Below are positions 8,109-16,740 of a DNA stretch of 24,330 nucleotides, in pieces. Source of the stretch: a virus (Duplodnaviria; Caudoviricetes); IMG/VR virus record IMGVR_UViG_3300049472_000149, positions 1 through 24,330 of that record; one strand, written 5' to 3'. Numbering within the stretch: the first letter of the stretch is position 1; every line of letters begins with the position of its first letter. Below the pieces are notes generated by a model. The model saw only the letters and a program-made list of their open reading frames with translations, was not told the origin of the DNA and ran no database searches. The translations under genes were made by a program, and so were the position numbers.

Positions 8109-11100
8109 ATGCCTACAGATCTACCCGTACCGCGATCATTCAGCCAACAGCTAGGGGCCATGATCGACTCCTTGACCTCTAGAATCGGGGTCAGACGCCT
8201 AAAAGTTGGGGCCCCCCTTCTCAGCTTGCTAGAGGTCGCGGCCCAGGCCGACGTGCGTCAATCTCAGGATGTCTTCAATCTAGTCAACGCCTCAGACCTC
8301 GATTCCAATGAAGGAATCGCCCTGGAACGAATCGGCAGAGACGAGAGAATTCCAAAATACCTGATTGAAAAAGCTACAGGCCTCGTTACTATTGGGGACT
8401 CTACCTTTACAAAGAAATCCACCAGGATTTATCAAGGCGGCAGCTCTCCAATCGTCGGTTCCGTAGCGATTGCCGTCGAATCTACGGTCTCCTGGCCAGC
8501 TTCTGGTCAGGTCTACCTGGGTCGGAATACCTCAAATTCTGAAGGTCCTCTAGCCTACTCCAGCATTACCGATAATGGCAGCTATTTTACCCTAAATCTA
8601 TCGGCTCCGACCACAAGGTTCCACAACAAAGGCGAATCCGTTGTTTTGGCACAGGGCGGCGATAGGGTTATAGGCTCTGGGACCGTTGTTCAGACTTCTG
8701 GGGGGTCTCTATCTGGTACTATCGCCTTCTCGACACTCTACGAAGCCGTGATTCAAGACGGCGAAACCGAGGTTTCCGGTATTGATGTTGTCGCTCTAGC
8801 CGGTGGAATCGCGGGGAATGTCCCCGCATCTAGTGTTGTTCAGTTCGGTGGTGGCGCTCCGTTCAGCGGGGCTACAGTTACTAATGACAAGCCATTTATT
8901 AATGGCAGAGATGTTGAAACCGACAACGACTACAGAATTAGAATCAGGGCTGTTCGTAATTCGAGATCTCTTGGCACAGATCTTGCTATTACCACAGCAG
9001 TTGTCGGAGCCATCGATGTCGAGGAATCAAAACGAATCAGCTCTGCCTCCATCGCTAGACGTAGCGGGGAGCCAGCAGTACTCTACATCGATGACGGCAC
9101 CGGATACGAAGAGGCCGATTCTGGAGTCGGTATCGAGGTCCTGGAGGATTACGCCAGCGGAGGGGAGCGAGACTTCCAGGTTATTTCGAGACCAGTAGCT
9201 AAGGCATATATCGAAACCGCAGCAACGGCCCCTTTTGCTCTTACCGATTCGGCTCAGCTCAGGGTTGATGTCGGTGGCGTCGAAACCACTCACACCTTCG
9301 ATGTTTCTGAGTTTATCTCCATCGAAGCTGCTTCTGCGTATGAGGTTGTGGCTTCGCTTAATGCGAACCCAAACTTCGGTTGTTCGGCTAGGACCATCGA
9401 TAATGGTAGCAGAGTCGCTCTAACTGCAAAGTCTGAGGAGAACGACGACCTAAAGGCTGTCGAAATCGGCGGACCCCTAGATGCCAACGCTATCCTGCTG
9501 TTCCAGACTTCGAGGCACTACACCACACTGCTATACAAGAACGACCAGCTCCTCAGTAAAGATGGTAGCTATGCTGCATTGGTCTCGAATCCTTTCGTGG
9601 AATGGAACTTCTTCTCTGGGGATCAAACCCTACATCTCACCATAGATCAGACTAATGAGACATTCTACAGCTTCGTAGACCAAGACTTTGTCGATGCCGA
9701 GACTGGATTTAATACGGTCGGTAAGAACGACCTAGACTCATGGGCAACTGTTCTGAATCGAAAGATTCCAGGAATCACAGCTACAGTCAAGGGTGACACC
9801 ATAGTCCTGACCTCCAACCTGGGCAGGTCCAAGGATGCCAAGGTAGAGATCACTAGTGGTACTCTAGTCGCTCAGCGCCTGTTCAGCGCCTCAGTTGCCT
9901 ATGGATCGAGCCGAGACTACTGGCTAGATCGCGGTACGGGTCAAATCGTTACTGCTGTTGGATTAGAAGCAGGAGACCGCTTGACTCTTGGTTCGGAATG
10001 GACCCGAGCTTTTGTTGGTTCCGATTCCCTGGCTCCTACGACTACAGCTTCTGTGACTTCGACTTGGTGGTCGTCTGATGGCAACTGCGAGATCATACCC
10101 CATGGCGTCGGACAGGCCATTGAATTAACGGCCACTATTGAAGGCGTCAACACCCATAGCGTCAAGCTAGCTGTGGAAGCCACAACAGACGGCGAAGCCT
10201 TCGCCAATATCAGGACTGGTGACTTCGCTGTTTTCTGGGACCCAACATCCAATCTGCCTGCCTCCTTGCGCAAGGCCTGGAGAGTTACGGATATCGAGCT
10301 TGATGGCGACGATCTCAGGAATAAACTCATCCTGGAGAAGCCCGCAGCGGCATCGGGTCGCATCGCGGCAGCAGCGGTTGCCCTGGTTCCTAGCGGTGGC
10401 GACCTATCTAAAATCCTGGTTTGTGGCGGCTACACTTCGGAAGATGGTGGCAGCGGCAATTTTACCCATTTCGGCAGGGGATGTACGGAAGAGGTCGAAA
10501 TATATGACCCTAACCTAGCGACCTGGACTTCAGCTGGACCGATGTCGGTTGCCAGAGCCCATCATACCGCCTCAATTCTGCCCGATGGCAAGGTTCTGGT
10601 CTGTGGTGGATTTGATCGTAACGATGTTGCTCTGAATACGACAGAAATCTGGGATCCCGGCACCGGCCTCTGGACTGCGGGACCCACGATGGCAGTGGCC
10701 AGAGCGGCTCATTCTGCAACAGTTCTAGCATCTGGTCGAGTCCTCGTAGCTGGTGGATTGCTGACTGCAACCACAGTAACTGATAGCACCCAGGAATACA
10801 ATCAAGGTACCAATACCTTCATCAACGCCTCCACCATGGGAACAGCCAGGGCCGGACACGGTGCCGTCTTGCTGCCATCGGGAGCCGGTGGTGGTGCCGA
10901 ATCGAATAACGTCCTAGTCATCGGTGGGATCTCAGGAACTGCCCCGTTGACTTCCGTTGAAAGATATAACGTATCGACTTTTGCTTGGTCTGCTAAGACT
11001 GCTTTGGCTACCGGACGCAGCTTCTTCGGGTCTGCCTCCGTGGCTACCGAAAAAGTCCTTATTGTCGGTGACTCCGAATACAATGTGGGTTACTCCAACA

Positions 11101-14100
11101 ACCTCAGAGACAGCTACCAGGTCTATGATGTCGCCGCCAATACCTGGACGGCTTCGGCAGTTGTTGAGACCGGCTGGAGATTTACAGACAAGAGATACGG
11201 CTTGGGACGCTGCGCCACGAATGGTGTTGCTATTGCATATGGCGGCGTCTATGAGTCCGCTGGGATTAAGTCGTTGCGCCACAAGAAATTTGATGGCGGC
11301 GCTCTGACCTGGAGTACCTTAGCGGATAGTCCGTTTGCGAAGTCCGGAGTCGAAAGGACTCAGACCCTAGCCGTTGCTATTACTGGTGGAGCATCGCCAG
11401 ACCGCGTCTGGTTCTATGGTGGTGTCTCCCAAGGCAATACGGCAGCAAACAACACCTCCGGCACAGTTGTTGCAACGTCCGAAACCTGGAATGATGATAC
11501 TGCGGCTTGGGAAGTTCTGGATGACTCCAAAGACTTTTCTGCTGATGTCCTGGCTAATCGAGGATTGACATTTGTTCGGGCTTCTACCGATCTCGAATTC
11601 TCCGATATTCCGACAGGTTCTAGCTATACAGCTTCTACCTTAGCTGATGCACTAAATGCGGACCTCGACGGTATCACGGCTTCTGTTTACAGAACCTCTA
11701 GACTGCGAGTAGAGACCAATAGTTATGGAGTCGGAGACATCTGTCTAGTTGCGGAATCTCAGTCTCTACTCGGCATCGAATCTGAAGTCCCGGTAACCTC
11801 AGCTGTTGGTCACTTTGGGTCCACTGAGTCCAGAGGAACTCCGACTCCTATTGATTTTCAGATCCATTCAGTCGCTGGTCACGTCGCAGCTCATACTGCT
11901 GACGCCACGGAAACTCTCCATTTCCCCCATCTCGAAAATTCGCCCTACGATATTGCTCCTCTGAGTACATCAGTCATCAAAGGTCTCAGAAGGACACGCG
12001 ATGGCCTGAATCCAAGATGGTGGCAGGCAGCCTGGGTCACTGATTCGGACCTCGACAAATCTACGATTCAGTATGGAAATACCAAGAATTCTCTGGCTCC
12101 TGTTGCTGCTCTTGATATCCAGGCAACTAGAGACAGGTTCAGGGCTGGTTTCAGGTCTAGTCCTCATCAGACCTTTGGCGTCGGGTCTCCTGTTATTTTT
12201 GAGGCCCCCAGAGCACTGGGACACCAGGATACATTGGTCACAGTAATTGATAACGATACCGATACCAAGAGATATGTGATCCCAATGGGTCGTAGGGTAA
12301 AACCGACCTCGAATGTTTATAGCTCCCAAATCACGGTTTCCGACACCGATAACGCAGCGAACACCTTAGCCACGGCCTTTGGTCTAGACTACGACTTTGA
12401 CGATTTTGCTGTGTTCATGTCGGCTCGGGGCAAGTCTCACTCCGCGACCGCTTCAAAACGCACGTTATGGCGATACTTCCGTAAAGGGCCAGATGGAAAC
12501 GATGTGGTTGTTAGATATATGTATCCAGATGCTGCCGATAGCGAATTGGCAGTAACGACTGAATACGACCAGACCTCAGTTACCAATTATTTTGGTGTCA
12601 ACACAGCGATGAAGGCTTTCGTCAACATCGTATTGGGTTCTGGTGCAGAAAAAGCAGAATCCACGTTTACCTCTGCTGGCAAAATTGGACTGGCTCGATG
12701 TAACCAGACTTCTGGTGTCTGGGATGTCTACATCATGACTGGATTCGAGGTAATCGAAGCCGAAAGGCTAGGAGCAGCTGCTCAGACCAGACTAAGAATC
12801 CAGGTACCGAATAACGGTGTTGTTGCTCAGGGGCCCCAGGATTCTGGGATCTTCGCAGGAGACGTGTTGTGGTTTGAAGCCGTTAATCCTGGCGCCACAA
12901 CTCTATATAGCGGGTCATTTACTGTTGCCAGTACGGGTGCTTTCAATCTAGGAACCGGAACCCAAGATATCTGGATTCCTGCTGATACCTTGCACGACAG
13001 CACCTCTGCCATGGGCGTAACTGCAAATCCAGGAACCCTGAGTCATGATACTGCGGGAGAAGTCCTATTTGACACCTCCGCTATTGCTGGGGATCTAGTT
13101 AGGATAGAGCCTAATAGCACATGGCCAACAGAAGCCTACGAATTTACATCGACAACGATGAGAGCGGCTTCTGTTGGTAGACAATATCTAAGATGTAGAA
13201 GTCTAGATCCCGAGTTTGGAGGACTTCTTACTGCTCCTACTTGGAATTCCCTAGGTAATACCGAGGGAATCAAAATCTTTGGAGCCCCAACCCAGACAGC
13301 TACGGCAGTTGTGGCCGCTGTAAATGCTATTACGTCGAGTCCGGTAACAGGAACAATAACAGGTACCGGAAGCGGAGTCATCGACAAAGCGACTTGGGAT
13401 GAACTGGACCTTAATACTGCTAATTATCCGCTAAGCGACGGATTAAACTGGGTACAGAGAACTATTGAGCCGCCCAACGTCGCGACACATACTCAATTGC
13501 TGCTGAAGGATGCTATTTCAGCAGACCTTCTGAATGATGCCGACTGGGTAAATGAAGAAGTTGTTTTGGCTCCAGCTCTCACCGAAGGGGTTGTTAGATG
13601 GCTGAAGACGCCTACCATCAGTGGATTGTTCAGTGCTGCTGATGTCGTCCAGACCACAGGACGACAGGTATCAATCGCTTCTCTGACTCCAGGTTCTGGA
13701 GGTTCTGTTGAGATCCAGGGTGGCACCGCCAACTCGGCCACAGCAGCTGTATCAGGGGTGAAACAGGCCACAAGAAACGCCAGCCCTGGCTCTTTGGTAG
13801 TTACGACTAGGCAGTCTGAGACCTCCGGATTCCTTGGTGGCAGGTATGTTAAAATCGACAATTCTAGCTTCCTGCCAAAGGCTAGCTCTTGGAATAATTT
13901 CAGTACCGTAAATAGTATCAGTGCTGATGGAAAATGGACACTAGACGTTACTCCATATGTCCTCCAATCCAATGTGGACGAGGTCAGAGTCGAAATCGAA
14001 AAAGACGGCGACTACACCGCAATCAAGATGTCCAAAACCGCATCGGCATCTCTACCTTCAATGAACGTATTGGTAGAAAACGAATATATCTACCTCTGTG

Positions 14101-15089
14101 CTCCTACTCTTAATAGGTCCGATCTAGATGCTGTTGGTTCCGCCAATACCGGGGCCCGAAAAATTATCAGGGCTACTCAGAATTCAGATATGATAATTGT
14201 CTGGGTAGAGAACCCAAATTCAGTAGACGAAGTCGCAGTTGCAAGAGTCAAAGTTTTGACCTCTTACTCCATGATAAGTGGCGACAGCTTTGTTGTGTCT
14301 ACTGCTGCCTTCGGCGACACCAATAGAGGGACCTGGACGATTAACGAAGTCGGCGCCGCTACTCCAGGAGGTGAACAGTACATCGAGAATAGCTTCTACG
14401 TCGATATCTCGACAAACAGCCCAGGAGTCCTGAGTTCTCCTGTATTAATGGGTACTGATGCTAATCATGTCCAGTTGAGACAAGGGACCTTGACTAGGCT
14501 GTACAAGAAGATTCTAGCCATCTTGCCGAATCAGGATGATTCGGATTTTGTTGATATCATATTTACGTCATCTCAGGGATACGCCGAGGTTTCGGCTTCG
14601 GCTGGTTCTATTGTTTCTGCCCTAGACAAACTAGACTTCCCCTTAGGGCTTGCTTCTGGTGTTGATGGGTATCGACATAATACGGGATTAATCCAAGAAG
14701 CCAATTCTATTGTATACGGAAGGCCAGAGGCCCCGACGAGATACCCTGCAATCGCTAGTGGTGGGGCCCAGATATTGATCCACGGTCCTAAAGTAAAGAG
14801 AATCAGGCTTGCCCTGTCTCTTAGGGTTAAATCTGGTTCCGCTTCTAATGACATCGCAGAAGCCGTAAGAAATGCGGTTGCTGCTGTTATTAATCAGACC
14901 GGAGTCGGTTCTGCTATTTCTATTTCAGATATCATTAATGCGGCCTCTCAGATTCCTGGGGTAACCGCAGTTTCGGTGGTGAGTCCGGTTTTCTCTTCGA
15001 CTCAAGACACGATTAAAGTAGGGGCTTCGGAAAAACCTCTAGTTCTGGATCTGACTCAAGATATTTCAATTTCGTTCATCGGAGATTAA
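8109..15089 (+). CDS. Giant baseplate J-like wedge protein (T4 gp6 / P2 gpJ family) with inserted Kelch beta-propeller, 2326 aa
   Basis: N-terminal J motifs (LERIGRDERI..ATGLVTI; VVALAGGIAGNVPASSV; NGRDVETDNDYRIRIR; GTDLAITTAV) and C-terminal J motif (VRNAVAAVINQTGVGSAISISDIINAASQIPGVTAVSV); Kelch repeats at about 10360-11520. Confidence 0.85.
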   Translation: MPTDLPVPRSFSQQLGAMIDSLTSRIGVRRLKVGAPLLSLLEVAAQADVRQSQDVFNLVNASDLDSNEGIALERIGRDERIPKYLIEKATGLVTIGDSTFTKKSTRIYQGGSSPIVGSVAIAVESTVSWPASGQVYLGRNTSNSEGPLAYSSITDNGSYFTLNLSAPTTRFHNKGESVVLAQGGDRVIGSGTVVQTSGGSLSGTIAFSTLYEAVIQDGETEVSGIDVVALAGGIAGNVPASSVVQFGGGAPFSGATVTNDKPFINGRDVETDNDYRIRIRAVRNSRSLGTDLAITTAVVGAIDVEESKRISSASIARRSGEPAVLYIDDGTGYEEADSGVGIEVLEDYASGGERDFQVISRPVAKAYIETAATAPFALTDSAQLRVDVGGVETTHTFDVSEFISIEAASAYEVVASLNANPNFGCSARTIDNGSRVALTAKSEENDDLKAVEIGGPLDANAILLFQTSRHYTTLLYKNDQLLSKDGSYAALVSNPFVEWNFFSGDQTLHLTIDQTNETFYSFVDQDFVDAETGFNTVGKNDLDSWATVLNRKIPGITATVKGDTIVLTSNLGRSKDAKVEITSGTLVAQRLFSASVAYGSSRDYWLDRGTGQIVTAVGLEAGDRLTLGSEWTRAFVGSDSLAPTTTASVTSTWWSSDGNCEIIPHGVGQAIELTATIEGVNTHSVKLAVEATTDGEAFANIRTGDFAVFWDPTSNLPASLRKAWRVTDIELDGDDLRNKLILEKPAAASGRIAAAAVALVPSGGDLSKILVCGGYTSEDGGSGNFTHFGRGCTEEVEIYDPNLATWTSAGPMSVARAHHTASILPDGKVLVCGGFDRNDVALNTTEIWDPGTGLWTAGPTMAVARAAHSATVLASGRVLVAGGLLTATTVTDSTQEYNQGTNTFINASTMGTARAGHGAVLLPSGAGGGAESNNVLVIGGISGTAPLTSVERYNVSTFAWSAKTALATGRSFFGSASVATEKVLIVGDSEYNVGYSNNLRDSYQVYDVAANTWTASAVVETGWRFTDKRYGLGRCATNGVAIAYGGVYESAGIKSLRHKKFDGGALTWSTLADSPFAKSGVERTQTLAVAITGGASPDRVWFYGGVSQGNTAANNTSGTVVATSETWNDDTAAWEVLDDSKDFSADVLANRGLTFVRASTDLEFSDIPTGSSYTASTLADALNADLDGITASVYRTSRLRVETNSYGVGDICLVAESQSLLGIESEVPVTSAVGHFGSTESRGTPTPIDFQIHSVAGHVAAHTADATETLHFPHLENSPYDIAPLSTSVIKGLRRTRDGLNPRWWQAAWVTDSDLDKSTIQYGNTKNSLAPVAALDIQATRDRFRAGFRSSPHQTFGVGSPVIFEAPRALGHQDTLVTVIDNDTDTKRYVIPMGRRVKPTSNVYSSQITVSDTDNAANTLATAFGLDYDFDDFAVFMSARGKSHSATASKRTLWRYFRKGPDGNDVVVRYMYPDAADSELAVTTEYDQTSVTNYFGVNTAMKAFVNIVLGSGAEKAESTFTSAGKIGLARCNQTSGVWDVYIMTGFEVIEAERLGAAAQTRLRIQVPNNGVVAQGPQDSGIFAGDVLWFEAVNPGATTLYSGSFTVASTGAFNLGTGTQDIWIPADTLHDSTSAMGVTANPGTLSHDTAGEVLFDTSAIAGDLVRIEPNSTWPTEAYEFTSTTMRAASVGRQYLRCRSLDPEFGGLLTAPTWNSLGNTEGIKIFGAPTQTATAVVAAVNAITSSPVTGTITGTGSGVIDKATWDELDLNTANYPLSDGLNWVQRTIEPPNVATHTQLLLKDAISADLLNDADWVNEEVVLAPALTEGVVRWLKTPTISGLFSAADVVQTTGRQVSIASLTPGSGGSVEIQGGTANSATAAVSGVKQATRNASPGSLVVTTRQSETSGFLGGRYVKIDNSSFLPKASSWNNFSTVNSISADGKWTLDVTPYVLQSNVDEVRVEIEKDGDYTAIKMSKTASASLPSMNVLVENEYIYLCAPTLNRSDLDAVGSANTGARKIIRATQNSDMIIVWVENPNSVDEVAVARVKVLTSYSMISGDSFVVSTAAFGDTNRGTWTINEVGAATPGGEQYIENSFYVDISTNSPGVLSSPVLMGTDANHVQLRQGTLTRLYKKILAILPNQDDSDFVDIIFTSSQGYAEVSASAGSIVSALDKLDFPLGLASGVDGYRHNTGLIQEANSIVYGRPEAPTRYPAIASGGAQILIHGPKVKRIRLALSLRVKSGSASNDIAEAVRNAVAAVINQTGVGSAISISDIINAASQIPGVTAVSVVSPVFSSTQDTIKVGASEKPLVLDLTQDISISFIGD
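10359..11520 (+). repeat. Seven Kelch-type repeats (protein-level) within the baseplate J-like gene
   Basis: Repeated R-x-x-H-(T/S/G)-A...VLV-x-GG...E-x-(Y/W)-D-P...W pattern: KILVCGG, KVLVCGG, RVLVAGG, NVLVIGG, KVLIVGD, AIAYGG, VWFYGG. Confidence 0.85.
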
Positions 15090-15091
15090 AA

Positions 15092-16063
15092 ATGGCATGG
15101 AGCTACGTTCATAGTACCGACTTACTCAACGGATTTGACGGTGCCAAGATTTATTATCACCTAAAGACAGCCTTAATTGCAAAAGGTTGGACTGTGGTGG
15201 CATCTGGGGATGGGCTCTCAGCTTATGCCGCAGGTTCTGATGTTATCTCATCGGGTAATACCGGAGCTAACGGATACGATAACACCAGGGCCTGGATATG
15301 TCTGCAACAGCCGACTGGAGGTTCTGGAAATTTCGCTGGTAGCCGTCAGATCTGTTTACAGGTAGGAGAGGACGGAGATGACTCTAAATACAGAACTAGA
15401 GTAGTCTATTCTCCAGGAGGAACAGCTGTGCTGACTTCTTGCGATGCTAATACTTGCCCAACATTCTCAGACGAGGTTATTTTGTTAGGAGGAGGAACTG
15501 CGGCTTCCCCTACTTTTGCAAATCATACGACCTCTGACTTCGGTGCTGGAAAAGTACACATAATCACTGGGGGTACAGCTGAAAATTTTGGGTTCTTCAT
15601 GACCCATGCCCAAGCAACGGCTCCGAATAATGGGTTTTCACTATGCTTTGATCCGTTGACCTCTGTGTTGGCTGGAGATACTGAACCATTCGCCTTCTTG
15701 GTGTCATCTCAATCGACCCCCTTTACTATTCAGACTCTATATGACGACACCGCATATGTTATGGCACTATACGCTACGGGAGGGTATCAGAACTCTTCCT
15801 TGTCTCCATCTCCATTGGTGTCAGGTGTGGCTAGCACCATGACTGCTGATGGTAGAAACTCTAAAGATATACTTTATCCTGTGATCTACCATAGACATTC
15901 GACCAATGGTGGATTTAAAGGGGTGTCCAGCTTCTTCAGACACACCGCTGTGAACAGAGCGGATAGATCGACGTATACCGTAAATACAGCTGGAGACCGA
16001 GTCAAATTCGGTTCTGGCGCATTTATTCTCGTCATAGCTCCTTGGGATAATACGGTGCCGTAA
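15092..16063 (+). CDS. Hypothetical virion/tail-fibre-associated protein, 323 aa
   Basis: Long ORF 2 nt after the J gene; Gly/Ser/Thr and aromatic-rich, beta-rich appearance; N-terminal 'LKTALIAKGWTVVASGDG'. Function inferred only from context. Confidence 0.55.
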   Translation: MAWSYVHSTDLLNGFDGAKIYYHLKTALIAKGWTVVASGDGLSAYAAGSDVISSGNTGANGYDNTRAWICLQQPTGGSGNFAGSRQICLQVGEDGDDSKYRTRVVYSPGGTAVLTSCDANTCPTFSDEVILLGGGTAASPTFANHTTSDFGAGKVHIITGGTAENFGFFMTHAQATAPNNGFSLCFDPLTSVLAGDTEPFAFLVSSQSTPFTIQTLYDDTAYVMALYATGGYQNSSLSPSPLVSGVASTMTADGRNSKDILYPVIYHRHSTNGGFKGVSSFFRHTAVNRADRSTYTVNTAGDRVKFGSGAFILVIAPWDNTVP

Positions 16064-16221
16064 TGGCTGATTTTGACGCATATGAAGTGACCTACGAGGT
16101 CGAAGTCTCTGAACCAGCAGATGCTACGATACCAGCGGCAGAGGTGTTTTTGACTCTTGTCGATCCTAAGTCTGTCGTAAAGAAAACCCAGAAATTTAAT
16201 ACAGGACAGGATACCCCTTAA
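16063..16221 (+). CDS. Small hypothetical protein, 52 aa (not in ORF track)
   Basis: ATG at 16063 overlaps the upstream TAA (TAATG); reads MADFDAYEVTYEVEVSEPADATIPAAEVFLTLVDPKSVVKKTQKFNTGQDTP; its TAA (16219-16221) overlaps the next ATG, exactly filling the gap. Confidence 0.8.
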   Translation: MADFDAYEVTYEVEVSEPADATIPAAEVFLTLVDPKSVVKKTQKFNTGQDTP

Positions 16222-16724
16222 TGCTAGTAGCAAGAAAAGACACCACAACCAGAGTGCCTGTTGTTCTGCTGAACTCCAGCGGTGCCCCAGTTACGGGTAT
16301 TGGTTTTGGTCAATTAAATGACACCACTGGAGTCAACAAGGTAAGCGTTATCAAGTCTGATGGTTCCGTTTCTAGCTTAACCCTAGACGGCACGACCTGG
16401 ACTCAGATCTCAGCAACAAGGGCCCCAGGACTCTATCACATCACGGTTCCTAGCGGTTCCTTGAATCTAGTCGGCGGACTCCAGATTGCGGTCAGAGCCA
16501 ATGCCTCTGAATTTGAAACAGCCCTAGTCTCAATAAGTGTGGAAGAATACCACATTGCATCAAAAGTAGCAAAGAATACTTGGCAGATTCATACCTCTGG
16601 CGGTGACGCCAATAGGCTTGTAATCTATGATGACGACGGCACGACTCCTCTCTTGAAGTTCGATCTAACCGATTCGACTGCGGCTCCGACGACTTCGGCT
16701 CCATTTAAACGAACCAAGATCTAA
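16221..16724 (+). CDS. Hypothetical virion structural protein, beta-sandwich-like, 167 aa
   Basis: 'VPVVLLNSSGAPVTGI...APGLYHITVP' suggests an Ig-like/beta-sandwich fold; C-terminal 'NRLVIYDDDGTTPLLKFDL'; TAATG-coupled. Confidence 0.55.
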   Translation: MLVARKDTTTRVPVVLLNSSGAPVTGIGFGQLNDTTGVNKVSVIKSDGSVSSLTLDGTTWTQISATRAPGLYHITVPSGSLNLVGGLQIAVRANASEFETALVSISVEEYHIASKVAKNTWQIHTSGGDANRLVIYDDDGTTPLLKFDLTDSTAAPTTSAPFKRTKI

Positions 16725-16727
16725 GCC

Positions 16728-16735
16728 CAATCTTT
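16728..16735 (+). promoter_or_regulatory. Conserved intergenic motif CAATCTTT
   Basis: AATCTT at 16729-16734, 6 nt before GTG 16741; also supports that start choice. Confidence 0.6.
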
Positions 16736-16740
16736 GTGAA

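Noticed and set aside
10359-11520. Galactose-oxidase-like catalytic activity of the Kelch propeller
   Set aside because: Seven blades fit the fold, but the copper-ligand R-x-Y-H-S motif and the C-terminal His-bearing domain are not recognisable; a binding role is more parsimonious.
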